From: Puniceicoccaceae bacterium
Lineage (GTDB): Bacteria; Verrucomicrobiota; Verrucomicrobiia; Opitutales; Oceanipulchritudinaceae
Length of the DNA: 64,000 nucleotides
Direction: 5' to 3'
NCBI GenBank assembly: GCA_040830765.1
Contig: JBFOMH010000032.1
Span: forward strand, 1-64,000
Shown in pieces: positions 32,705 through 42,173 of this stretch. Position 1 is the stretch's first letter, and each line of letters opens with the position of its first letter. The notes below the pieces were generated by a model. The model was not told where the DNA came from. It did not search any database and worked only from the letters and a program-made list of their open reading frames with translations. The position numbers were made by a program, and so were the translations under genes.

Positions 32705-33709
32705 TCATGTCTTGGGGATCAGCTTCATGGCTGCCTGGGAAAGGCCTTCCATGGATATGCCATAGTGACGGAATATATCGGCCTGGCTTCCGGTTACGGT
32801 GTATTCGTCAGGAATGCCAATACGTTGGAACGGCTTGTGGACACCGGCTTCCATGAACAAGCCAGCGCAGGCTTCCCCGAGTCCACCGTTGACCATGTGT
32901 TCCTCAACGGTGACCACGGCGCTGCAGGTGCGGGCGCCTTCCAGAATGGCCTCCGTGTCGAGGGGCTTGATGGTCGGAAGACTGAGGACAGATGCCTCGA
33001 TTCCGGCCTCCTTGTGCAGTAGCTCGGCTGCCAGCCAGGCATGGATGACCGTTTCGCCGGTGGCAATAAAGAGGATGTCCTTGCCGCTGCGCAGAGGCCG
33101 CGCTTGGCCGATTTGGAAAGGCTTATTCCCGGGAAGATCATATTGGGCCGCTTTCCCAAAGCGCAGATAGACAGGACTTTCCAGGTTGACTGCCTGCCTG
33201 ACCGCTTCGGCGGTCTCGAAGTTGTCCGCGGGGACGAGGATGGTGAGATTGTTGATAGCCCGCAAGGCCGCCAAGTCATGCAGGGAATGGTGAGTCGAAC
33301 CGAGGGCACCATAGCTGACACCGGCACTGATGCCAACGAGCGTTACGGGGTTGTCTGAGTAGGCGACGTCGTTCTTGATCTGTTCCAGCGCTCGTGCCGA
33401 GAGGAAGCAGGCGGGTGAGACTGCCAGGGTTTTCTTGCCTGTTGAGGCAAGGCCGGCTGCGACGCCGACGAGGTTTTGTTCGGCAATGCCCATCTCGACA
33501 ATCTGGTCCGGCAGAGCTTCCCCGAAGGGCTTCAGTTTGCCTGAACCGCGGGAGTCACTGGTCACGACCAGCACATCGCGATCGGCTCTTGCCAACTCGA
33601 GGGCGGTCTCAGCAAAAACCTCGAGGTTGGGCCGTCCGAGCTTGAGGCCAGTCTCCTTAATCAGGCTGGCTGCCGCTTCGCTGAACAGGGATGGGGCGGG
33701 TGCGCTCAT
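32705..33709 (-). CDS. aptB: Transketolase C-terminal subunit, probable apulose-4-phosphate transketolase B
   Basis: SDSRGS, GIAEQN, GSTHHSLHD, PVYLR, EEH...GGLG. Confidence 0.75.
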   Translation of the reverse strand: MSAPAPSLFSEAAASLIKETGLKLGRPNLEVFAETALELARADRDVLVVTSDSRGSGKLKPFGEALPDQIVEMGIAEQNLVGVAAGLASTGKKTLAVSPACFLSARALEQIKNDVAYSDNPVTLVGISAGVSYGALGSTHHSLHDLAALRAINNLTILVPADNFETAEAVRQAVNLESPVYLRFGKAAQYDLPGNKPFQIGQARPLRSGKDILFIATGETVIHAWLAAELLHKEAGIEASVLSLPTIKPLDTEAILEGARTCSAVVTVEEHMVNGGLGEACAGLFMEAGVHKPFQRIGIPDEYTVTGSQADIFRHYGISMEGLSQAAMKLIPKT

Positions 33710-34548
33710 GTGGTTAACCTCCCCTTAGCTGCTTCAAGTTTCTTGTCCAGTTCAGCCATGGCCGTTTGCAATTGTTCCTCGCTCGGGACGCCATGATGCC
33801 AGCTCCCGACATCTTCCATGAAAGAGACACCCTTGCCCTTTGTTGTCCTCGTGATGACAACCGTTGGCTTGCCAACTTCAAGGGGTGAAGCCATGGCCTC
33901 CTCCAAGGCTTGGAAATCGTGCCCGTCCACTGTCGTTACCGCCCAGCCAAAAGAGCGGAACTTATCCTCCAGTGGTTCATGGTTCATGACCTCGCAGGTG
34001 CGGCCGGTTATCTGCAGGGTGTTGACATCGAGAATCGCAGTCAGGTTGTCCAGCTTGTAGTGGGATGCTGCCATGGCCGCTTCCCAGTTGGAGCCTTCCG
34101 CCAGCTCGCCATCCCCGAGAAGGGTGAACACGCGATAGTCCTTATTATCCAACTTGCCGGCAATGGCCATGCCGACCGCAATGGGCAGTCCATGGCCAAG
34201 GGCACCGGTGTTTTGTTCGATTCCGGGAATCTTGCGGGTCGGATGGCCGACAAAGTGCGATTGGTATTGGCAAAGGGTATCGAGTTCAGCCGCCGGAAAA
34301 AATCCCCGGTTGGAAAGGACTACGTAAAGTGCCTCGACCGAGTGTCCCTTGCTTTGGACATAGCGGTCACGGTCTGGATCATCGGGCCTTTCGGGGGAAA
34401 TCCTCAGGATGCGGTTATAAAGGACAATCAGGATGTCGAGGCAGGAGAGGCTTCCACCCGTATGACCGGCGCCAGCTTGGTAAATGGCGCCGAGCATCTG
34501 CTTGCGCAACTCAAGCGACTTGATCTGGAGGTCTTCGCTAACGGACAT
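33706..34548 (-). CDS. aptA: Transketolase N-terminal subunit, probable apulose-4-phosphate transketolase A
   Basis: GHTGGSLS, SKGH, GDGELAEG...N ThDP motif. Start MSVSED at 34548. Confidence 0.75.
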   Translation of the reverse strand: MSVSEDLQIKSLELRKQMLGAIYQAGAGHTGGSLSCLDILIVLYNRILRISPERPDDPDRDRYVQSKGHSVEALYVVLSNRGFFPAAELDTLCQYQSHFVGHPTRKIPGIEQNTGALGHGLPIAVGMAIAGKLDNKDYRVFTLLGDGELAEGSNWEAAMAASHYKLDNLTAILDVNTLQITGRTCEVMNHEPLEDKFRSFGWAVTTVDGHDFQALEEAMASPLEVGKPTVVITRTTKGKGVSFMEDVGSWHHGVPSEEQLQTAMAELDKKLEAAKGRLTT

Positions 34549-34556
34549 CGGTTTGT

Positions 34557-35975
34557 TTACTTGGCGGGATGTCGGTGGATTTCCCATCCGAGGTAAATCT
34601 CACAGGCTTCGATCATGACGTCCGCGGTATGGGAGGCATTCATGACCACATGGTGCTCGAATCCCTCACGACAGACAAAGCGCATCAGGTCCTGCAGGTC
34701 CTTGACTTCCGCGACCGCGCGGTTGCCGAAGGTCTTCAATTCGTCGTTGGTCAGCTGGCCCTCACCGAAGTATCCCTTGATGGTCCCGGTTGCGTCGTCT
34801 GTGCTCAGACGGCCAAACGTCAGGGGCGCGGCCGGTGTCCGCCCATCCAGCGCGCCGTAGGTGTTCTCCTCGCCAACAGAGGTTCCGAGAATGGGGGCTG
34901 TGCTCACCTTGGCATCGTCGAGGAACGACTTCGCCCAGTTTCCGCAATGGAAGAGGACACATTTGTCATCCTCGTCGCCGTAGTTGTTGTTCCAGTCGAC
35001 CAATGCGCTGGGGCTGGAGGAGGCCAATTGCATGGCATACATGGTCAGGACGCCGGTTACATCGACTTCACAGGCGCTCGGCGCCAGCTCCTCGCTCATC
35101 ATGCTCATGCTGGTGCAGAAGTTGCAGCCATGGTTCAGCTGGACGCTGGTCCAGCACTGGATGGCGGTGGCGTCGAGGTCGTTGTCGGCAATAAATTTGT
35201 CAAGGACTACACCCAGCCGGGCCATCTTTTCCAATCGGTCGGCAGGAACGCCGGTTGTATCGGCGTATCCCTCGATTTCAGCGACCTTGGCTTTCAAGGT
35301 AGCGTCGGAAGCCTCCAGCTTGTCGGCTGCCCCGAGGACTTCTGAGAGATCGACTGTGGTTACACTGATCCCGTTACGCTCAAGGATCTTTTCACTGTAG
35401 CGGACGGTATTGAATGCCCCGGGCCGTGCCCCGACGGCCCCGATGCGCAGGTTGCGCAAGCCATTGACCACCCGGCAGACGGAAAGGAATCGTGACAGGT
35501 CCTTCCGGAAGGAGGGATCTGAGGGATGGACAACGTGTTTATTGGTCAGGCTATAGGGGATGCCGGCCTGGCGAAGGTTGTTGCAAACCGATATCTTGCC
35601 GCAATAAGCATCGCGGCGACGGACAACGTCAAGGCGGTCCAGGGAGTCAGGGTAGGCGTGGATCAGGACCGGGACGTTCAGCCCAGCCAGCTTGAGGGTT
35701 TCCAGCACGCCTTTCTCATCACCAAAGTTGGGAAGGACCACGATAATTCCCCCAATTTCATCGGCGTGGGCCTTGAATAGCTGGGCACAAGCCTTGGCTT
35801 CGGCATGGGTTTCCACTCCTCCCAGCTTGGTCGCCTCGGGATCGAGTTGGATGGTCTTGAGATTGAGCTCTTCGGCCAGTTGTTGATAGTCATTTCGCGC
35901 TTCCTCGACGAGGCTATCGGGAAAAAAGTCACGATTTCCAAAAAGGAGTCCAAGTGATTCTTTGCTGTTTTTCAT
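34557..35975 (-). CDS. L-fucose/L-arabinose isomerase family protein, candidate D-apiose isomerase
   Basis: PNFGDE, AIQCW, ACEVD, FHCGN, GFEHH metal motifs. Confidence 0.75.
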   Translation of the reverse strand: MKNSKESLGLLFGNRDFFPDSLVEEARNDYQQLAEELNLKTIQLDPEATKLGGVETHAEAKACAQLFKAHADEIGGIIVVLPNFGDEKGVLETLKLAGLNVPVLIHAYPDSLDRLDVVRRRDAYCGKISVCNNLRQAGIPYSLTNKHVVHPSDPSFRKDLSRFLSVCRVVNGLRNLRIGAVGARPGAFNTVRYSEKILERNGISVTTVDLSEVLGAADKLEASDATLKAKVAEIEGYADTTGVPADRLEKMARLGVVLDKFIADNDLDATAIQCWTSVQLNHGCNFCTSMSMMSEELAPSACEVDVTGVLTMYAMQLASSSPSALVDWNNNYGDEDDKCVLFHCGNWAKSFLDDAKVSTAPILGTSVGEENTYGALDGRTPAAPLTFGRLSTDDATGTIKGYFGEGQLTNDELKTFGNRAVAEVKDLQDLMRFVCREGFEHHVVMNASHTADVMIEACEIYLGWEIHRHPAK

Positions 35976-36250
35976 GAAATAAAATCTTTAAAAGCGATAT
36001 TTGCATGTTTTTCAATGAAATAAATTCGATTAAGGAAATTTATCAGGTTTCATAATGATTGCCTGAGCGAGATGTTCGAAAATTCAGTGCCCGATTATTC
36101 ATTTCCGTAATAAAATTCATAAGTGACTAATAAACAGTATATTAAGGAATGATTGTTCGAGCTTTCCTTGATTCCATGTACGATTTCCAAGGGGGAACGG
36201 GAAAGCAAATCCAGTCGGGTCCCGAAAACATTGACAACTTTAATGAAATT
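35970..36250. promoter_or_regulatory. AT-rich divergent promoter region with operator-like sites
   Basis: TTTCATGAAATAA 35970-35982, TTTCAATGAAATAA 36010-36023, and TTGACA 36231-36236 followed by TTTAATGAAA. Confidence 0.55.
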
Positions 36251-36289
36251 GAGTGAATTAAAAATACAATTTCCACCCTTTTAATATCC

Positions 36290-38224
36290 ATGCGAACACA
36301 AGAATTTATCTTTTCCTACCGCTCCAGGACTATTCTGGGCCTGCTATCCGCCGCTTTGGCTTGGCAACAAACGGCCCTTGCCGATCCGTCTCACATCATC
36401 GAGGTAGATGGTGGCGTCCATTGGGAACAATGGACGGAAGCAAACCCCTATGTTCTCCGGGAGGCTCTGAGGAAAGCCCGCGAAATCAGGCGTACCAGCG
36501 AGGAGAACCTTAGCGGCGAGATTCAAATTGTCCTTGGTGATGGATTCTATCCGCTGGTTGATTCCGTCCTGATTCGGCCTGAAGACTCCGGAACGCTGGA
36601 CTCTCCGACGGTTATCATGGCGGCACCCGGTACGCGTCCGGTAATCAGCGGGGGAATCGCCCTGGCTGGCTGGCGCCTGGCCGAGAATCTTCCCGCTGGC
36701 TTCCCGGCCACCGCCCTTGGGAAAGTCTGGGTAGTGGAGGCACCGATGAGCGCTGGTCGACCGGTTGAATATCGCCATATGTGGTTGAATGGAAATCGCG
36801 TAGCGAAGGCCCGCGATAATTTTGGCGAGGAGATGCAGCGCATTCTTGAGTGGGATAAGCCGGGCCAAGTCTGTTGGATCCCGGCTGAGGCGGTTGTGGA
36901 TATTAAAGAGATTGGCCGGATGGAGATGGTCATCCACCAAATGTGGGCCATCGCCATCCTGAGGGTAAAGTCGCTCGAGGTTGTCGAGGACCGGGCCCGC
37001 CTGACCTTCCATGAACCTGAGGGCCGGATACAGTTCGAGCACCCCTGGCCACCGGTTGTGATATCGGAGGAAGGCAATTCGGCCTATTACCTGACAAACC
37101 ATCCAGCTTTCCTTAACCAGCCCGGGGAATGGTATCAGGATTTGACCTCCGGAAAAATCTACTACTGGCCGCAGGAGGGTGAGTCGATGCCGGAGGCGCA
37201 GGCCATCGTTCCGTCGATGGAGACATTGCTCAACGTGGCGGGTACGGTTGACCGTCCGGTGGAGCATGTTCGTTTCGAGGGAGTCACTTTTTCACACACC
37301 AACTGGTTGCGTCCGTCGAGGGCTGGGCACGTTCCCCTGCAGGCAGGGATGTATTTGCTGGATGCCTACAAGCTTCGGCCTGCGGGAACCCCGGACAAGG
37401 CCGGATTGGAAAATCAGGCATGGATTGGGCGGCAACCGGCCGCAGTACAGGTCGAGGGGGCCCGCGATCTGCTATTTGAGGATTGCCGGTTTACCCAGCT
37501 CGGGGCATCCGGACTGGACTTGATTGAGGGCGTGAGGGACAGCACCATCCGTGGCAGTCTCTTCCGGGACATTGGCAGCAACGGGCTTGTCATGGGTACA
37601 TTCCAGGAAGGTGGTATTGAAACACATCTGCCTTTTGATCCCGCGGATGCGCGTATCCTTTGCCAGGCTATCAACGTCAGCGACAATCTGTTCACTGACA
37701 TTGCCAATGAGGACTGGGGCTGCGTGGGCATTGTCACCGGCTTTGTCCGCGATGTAACCATTGCCCACAACGAAATTTGCGATGTTTCCTATACCGGAAT
37801 CAGTCTAGGATGGGGATGGACAAAGTCCGTCAATGTGATGCAGGACAACCGGATCCACGCCAACCATATCCACCATTTTGGAAAGCGGATGTATGACACG
37901 GGAGGGATCTACACGCTTTCTCCCCAGCCGAGCTCGGTTATCTCGGAGAATTTCATCCACAGCATCTATCGTCCGTCGTACGTCCACGACCCGAACCACT
38001 GGTCCTACATCTACCTCGATGAAGGATCCTCATACTTTACGGTTAGGGACAACTGGACCGAGGGGCTGAAGTACTCAACCAATGCCAATGGTCCGGGAAA
38101 TACCTGGACCAACAACGGGCCAAGCGTCTCAGCCAGGATCCTGCAACGGGCAGGCATCCGGGAGGAGTTTGCGGGGTTGATTAACTTCCGGACAGTACAA
38201 CCGGATGACCCGGTGGTTCCCTGA
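36290..38224 (+). CDS. GH141 alpha-L-fucosidase (BT1002-like, right-handed beta-helix)
   Basis: IRPEDSGT, HQMWAIAILRV, FEHPWP, GHVPLQAG, YTGISLGWGW, DTGGIYTLS, YLDEGSS. Confidence 0.82.
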   Translation: MRTQEFIFSYRSRTILGLLSAALAWQQTALADPSHIIEVDGGVHWEQWTEANPYVLREALRKAREIRRTSEENLSGEIQIVLGDGFYPLVDSVLIRPEDSGTLDSPTVIMAAPGTRPVISGGIALAGWRLAENLPAGFPATALGKVWVVEAPMSAGRPVEYRHMWLNGNRVAKARDNFGEEMQRILEWDKPGQVCWIPAEAVVDIKEIGRMEMVIHQMWAIAILRVKSLEVVEDRARLTFHEPEGRIQFEHPWPPVVISEEGNSAYYLTNHPAFLNQPGEWYQDLTSGKIYYWPQEGESMPEAQAIVPSMETLLNVAGTVDRPVEHVRFEGVTFSHTNWLRPSRAGHVPLQAGMYLLDAYKLRPAGTPDKAGLENQAWIGRQPAAVQVEGARDLLFEDCRFTQLGASGLDLIEGVRDSTIRGSLFRDIGSNGLVMGTFQEGGIETHLPFDPADARILCQAINVSDNLFTDIANEDWGCVGIVTGFVRDVTIAHNEICDVSYTGISLGWGWTKSVNVMQDNRIHANHIHHFGKRMYDTGGIYTLSPQPSSVISENFIHSIYRPSYVHDPNHWSYIYLDEGSSYFTVRDNWTEGLKYSTNANGPGNTWTNNGPSVSARILQRAGIREEFAGLINFRTVQPDDPVVP

Positions 38225-38225
38225 T

Positions 38226-41200
38226 TCATTCAACCTGCAGTTGGGCAAAGCTGAGCTTATTGAGGTCGTCTGCCTGAAGCCGGATAAAGTAAGTCCCGGC
38301 ATTGATATCATCGCAGGTCCGGTTGCGGGAAACTTCCCAGTCATTGCCTTTGGAAGGTGAGAAGGTGAGGGTATCCTCGCATACCAGCCGGTCGTCACGG
38401 GTGGAGATGATTTGCAGGGTCGCTTCAATGGGCTCCTTTAGCGGGGAGCGATAAGTGAAGTTCAATCCGTATCGGTCGCCAACGCCGACTTTGATGATCC
38501 AGTCCATCCGGTTCCCTTCAATCTCGGGCGGTTGATAAACCTGGTCAGGGCGTACCTGCCTCGCCAACACGCAGTACATGGAAGCAGGGCTTCCATCAGG
38601 AAGGCTTGGATTCTGGAAAAGGCTGACCGGCTCCCCGGGCTTCAGGCGGCGCTTGAGAAGGTCGAAGCTGCCACCATCCTCACTCGTTGCTTCCAGCGAC
38701 CAACCGGTGGGAATCCAGTCCTTTAACCAGTCCGGCAACTGTTCAACCCGGGCATCGATCCCGACAAATACCTCCGCGTGGCCTTCCACCATGAATGTGG
38801 CCTTGATATTCGGATTGGCCGCATCAGTGATGGGCGTGCGAATCCAGTCACAACCGCCGAGCCGGGTTGTGTATCTGCTGATGACCGCTCCACCATCACT
38901 ATAGAGTCGTCGTCCGGCCTTTAGGTTGCCGAATGGCTTCCATCCATTTGGATCAGAACTTGAATAAACAGCAAACCCGTTAATGGCTGCGGCGGGCGGG
39001 GGCGGAGAATGGGGTTTCACAATGACCGTGTACATGTCGGCGGATCCCGCTGGGGAATGTCCGGTTTGTCCGGTGGTAACGGTTTCGCCAGCCTTGAAGT
39101 GTTTCCGGAAAACGGCATGGCGGATGTCCGGGGCTCCGCTCGTCGAGAGAGAGTGGGTGGTCTTGTCCCAGCTCTGGAGCCAGTCTGGAAGCTCTTGAAG
39201 GCGGGGATCCAAGGTAACAAAAACATCGGCATCCGATGTCAGTTCGAATTGCAGCAGATCTCCGTAATTGAAATGGGGGACGGTTCTCGCGGTTTGAATC
39301 CATTCGGACTCCCGCAACTCCCAGGAAAGGGAATGAATGGTCTCATCATCGTCGGAGTAACGGGAAACCCCCGTGTCGAGGAATGTCCGGACCTGCGTCT
39401 TTCCTTGTAGCGATGCGGTAGCGACAAGATTTTTGATGAGCCGTGACGCTTCGACTGGAACAGGATTTATCTCAGCGGAAGAAATGGCAATGGCACACAG
39501 GATGGCCTGGCTTGCCTTGACGGAGGGGAAGCTGATTTCGAGAACGCCTCCGGAAACTTGCGTCACCACGGTCTTGCGCAAGGCGGTGTCGTGTCCGGCC
39601 TCCTTCCAGATATCAAGTTCGGCAAGTGCGACTTGTCCGTTGACCGCTACGTCAAACAAGCGCCATCCCGTGCAATCCATCCCGCCTCCTGTCCCGTACC
39701 AAGGCTCGATGAAGTAGAGATCGACTGCGTACTGTCCGTCTGGAATCTCAAACGTGTAGGCCAGTTCATGGCGACCATAGCGGAAGGACTGGAACAGAGG
39801 GTCGTCGACCGTTCCCCTGACGGGGTCATAGGTTTCCCGCTTGCTGCCAAATTGCGGGGGAAGATTGGGAAAGGCGGATGCCCACGAGCGGGCTCCCCAT
39901 GTTCTTCCGGGACCATGCTCCTGATCGCTCATCCAGGTACTGCCATGGCTGTCCACAAAGGTGGGTCCCCCAACATTGACCCGGTAAAGGTAGTGGCGCC
40001 CGGCTATCGGCTGGCAGGGATTTGCCGGATCGGGATCCCAGTCCGGCAGGTTTGGATCCCCGGGCAAGTGATGCAGGGTAATGATGTCGGTGGCGACGGT
40101 CCGGCCCTGGATGCGTGCCTCCGCGTAGAGGACATTGGTCTTGATCAAGGCCTTGTCCCACCGGAAATGCGTCCCGGTTCCGTTCTTGCGCTGAATGCCC
40201 AGTGAGCGACCCTTGTAGCCATTGAATAACTCAACCTCCTCGGCGTTGGAATAGACGATTATCCCATCCTTCAATCCCGGCTCCGTCCAACGGTCTGGCC
40301 AGGTGTGGGATACAATGTAGACCATGGGCTCTGTTTCCGCGGGGACAAAGTTGCTGCGGTACATGTAGTAGACATCGAGGGGCTCTCCCCATATGGTCAG
40401 GAGCCCCTTGTTGTTGGCCGGACCGATACGGTCCCATTCGCGAATCCCGTCACTGGCCTGTTGCAGCTTGCTGCCGATATTCCTTCCCGGATTATTGTGG
40501 GTCACCAGTGGCCAGGCGAAGTGGCCGATAGCCTGCTCCCGGACTGTATCCGCAAGGCGGACTTTCGTTTCCATGAGGGCAGCCATCCGGTCCTCGGTGA
40601 GTGGGCCCTCTTCAATGAAGCCGCCTTCCGAATGATATCCGATGCTGCGCCATGCACCGTATTCACCGACCAGCCTTTGTTGGACCAGCTCCCTGTTGTA
40701 GGCCTGGAGATCCCCACCATAGGTTCCGGACCAGTTTTGCGGGACATCCCAGTCCGTGCCTTCGCCCCCGTTGCAGGTGACGATGGGTCGCTGAATCGAG
40801 GCTGTGGGGTCCATTTCACGCATGATTTCAACGCACTCCCGGGCAAAGTCCGCCGGAAGCTTGCTTTCATTTTGAAGCCCGTAGAGGAAGAGGGAAGGGC
40901 TGTTGCGCCGCTCCCGAATCCAGTCCCGTAGCAGGGCTTTGTAGTTATCCTTGAAGGCCTCGTTTTCAAACCAGATGTGGGCCCCGAATTGGGTCCACCA
41001 GAGGATGCCTTCCCGGTCCCAGATCTTGTTGAACCTCAAGTTGTGGGGGTGATGGGCATCCCGGAAGGCGTTGAAGCCGGCTGCCCTGACTTGGTTGGCC
41101 CGGATGTCCACCATCTCCGCCGAAAAGGCGTGGCTGCCTCCGAGAAGATGCTCGTAGTCGGCGACCCCATTGATGAAGACGGGCTCTCCATTCAGCTTGA

Positions 41201-42173
41201 AGGGTTGTCCCGGAGGGCCATTGAGGTCCGGCCACTCGAGCCAGCGGACCCCGTAGCCTGTTTCACAGGAGTCGGTCACTCTATCCGCCTCAACCAGTTC
41301 TGTCTTGAGGGTATACAGGCAGGGATCCTCCAGTGACCACAAGCGGGGATTCTCGAGGACCGGACTTTCGCTGGTAAAGGTCTTCTTTTCCCCCGGTTCC
41401 AGCATTTCCTCGGATTCACCAATCCAGCAGACTGTACCGTCTGGAGATATCAACAAATGCCGGAGGACGAAAGTTCGCGGCGTGTTGCTGTAATTGCGGA
41501 TTTCCGCCGTGATGTTCAGTTCGGCCCGATCGGCCGAGATGTTGCTTCCATTCCAGATATGGATGCCCCATGGTTCAATCCGTAGCGACCGGGTGATGAC
41601 AAGATGAGCCGGACGAAAGATACCAAATGGCTGGGAACCCTCGGAGAATCCGTATGCCTGCTCACACCCGCCGCATACCCATGGGAGGTCGCGAATACCT
41701 GCCGGGTGATGAGCCCGAACCAGGAGGCTGTTGGGCCTCCCGGGGATGGCCAGGTCTGTTGCGTCAAGGGTGAAGGTTGTCAGGCCACCGGCGTGGCTGC
41801 CGGCGTGCTTTCCATTGAGGTAAATGTCGGCATAGGAGCCGATCCCTTCGAAATATAGGAAGGCCCGCTGGTCCGGGTCCATTTCGGGAATCATGACTTG
41901 CCTGCGGTACCATGCCGTCCCGTGAAGATTACCATGCTTCAGCTGGCGATATCCAAAATAGTCATCCCAGTTATGGGGGACCGTCACGGATTTCCAGTTA
42001 TCCACTGTCTCAAGGTCGGTCAGCTGGGTTTCCTCAGCCGAAAGGACCGTTTGCCAGTTATCCTCAAGTGGAATGACCCATCGGGCCGCTTCTCCAGGTA
42101 AAGCAAAGGCAAGAAGGGTCAGGAAATTGACGACAAGATGACTACGGGCGCGACTCAATGGAAACATCATCAA
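38226..42173 (-). CDS. GH2 (BT0996 beta-glucuronidase-like) + malectin domain + two tandem accessory modules
   Basis: VPHNWD, FRDAHHPH, LQNES, VGEYGAW; malectin (YRVNVGG, LYFIEP, RLFDVAVNG). Confidence 0.85.
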   Translation of the reverse strand: MMMFPLSRARSHLVVNFLTLLAFALPGEAARWVIPLEDNWQTVLSAEETQLTDLETVDNWKSVTVPHNWDDYFGYRQLKHGNLHGTAWYRRQVMIPEMDPDQRAFLYFEGIGSYADIYLNGKHAGSHAGGLTTFTLDATDLAIPGRPNSLLVRAHHPAGIRDLPWVCGGCEQAYGFSEGSQPFGIFRPAHLVITRSLRIEPWGIHIWNGSNISADRAELNITAEIRNYSNTPRTFVLRHLLISPDGTVCWIGESEEMLEPGEKKTFTSESPVLENPRLWSLEDPCLYTLKTELVEADRVTDSCETGYGVRWLEWPDLNGPPGQPFKLNGEPVFINGVADYEHLLGGSHAFSAEMVDIRANQVRAAGFNAFRDAHHPHNLRFNKIWDREGILWWTQFGAHIWFENEAFKDNYKALLRDWIRERRNSPSLFLYGLQNESKLPADFARECVEIMREMDPTASIQRPIVTCNGGEGTDWDVPQNWSGTYGGDLQAYNRELVQQRLVGEYGAWRSIGYHSEGGFIEEGPLTEDRMAALMETKVRLADTVREQAIGHFAWPLVTHNNPGRNIGSKLQQASDGIREWDRIGPANNKGLLTIWGEPLDVYYMYRSNFVPAETEPMVYIVSHTWPDRWTEPGLKDGIIVYSNAEEVELFNGYKGRSLGIQRKNGTGTHFRWDKALIKTNVLYAEARIQGRTVATDIITLHHLPGDPNLPDWDPDPANPCQPIAGRHYLYRVNVGGPTFVDSHGSTWMSDQEHGPGRTWGARSWASAFPNLPPQFGSKRETYDPVRGTVDDPLFQSFRYGRHELAYTFEIPDGQYAVDLYFIEPWYGTGGGMDCTGWRLFDVAVNGQVALAELDIWKEAGHDTALRKTVVTQVSGGVLEISFPSVKASQAILCAIAISSAEINPVPVEASRLIKNLVATASLQGKTQVRTFLDTGVSRYSDDDETIHSLSWELRESEWIQTARTVPHFNYGDLLQFELTSDADVFVTLDPRLQELPDWLQSWDKTTHSLSTSGAPDIRHAVFRKHFKAGETVTTGQTGHSPAGSADMYTVIVKPHSPPPPAAAINGFAVYSSSDPNGWKPFGNLKAGRRLYSDGGAVISRYTTRLGGCDWIRTPITDAANPNIKATFMVEGHAEVFVGIDARVEQLPDWLKDWIPTGWSLEATSEDGGSFDLLKRRLKPGEPVSLFQNPSLPDGSPASMYCVLARQVRPDQVYQPPEIEGNRMDWIIKVGVGDRYGLNFTYRSPLKEPIEATLQIISTRDDRLVCEDTLTFSPSKGNDWEVSRNRTCDDINAGTYFIRLQADDLNKLSFAQLQVE

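Noticed and set aside
32705..34548. Frameshifted transketolase pseudogene
   Set aside because: Both halves are intact with a 4-nt stop/start overlap. Two-subunit transketolases are normal.
35976..36289. sRNA, CRISPR leader or foreign DNA in AT-rich gaps (also 6360-6700 and 51045-51470)
   Set aside because: No repeat-spacer array or convincing RNA fold. Explained as divergent promoter regions.
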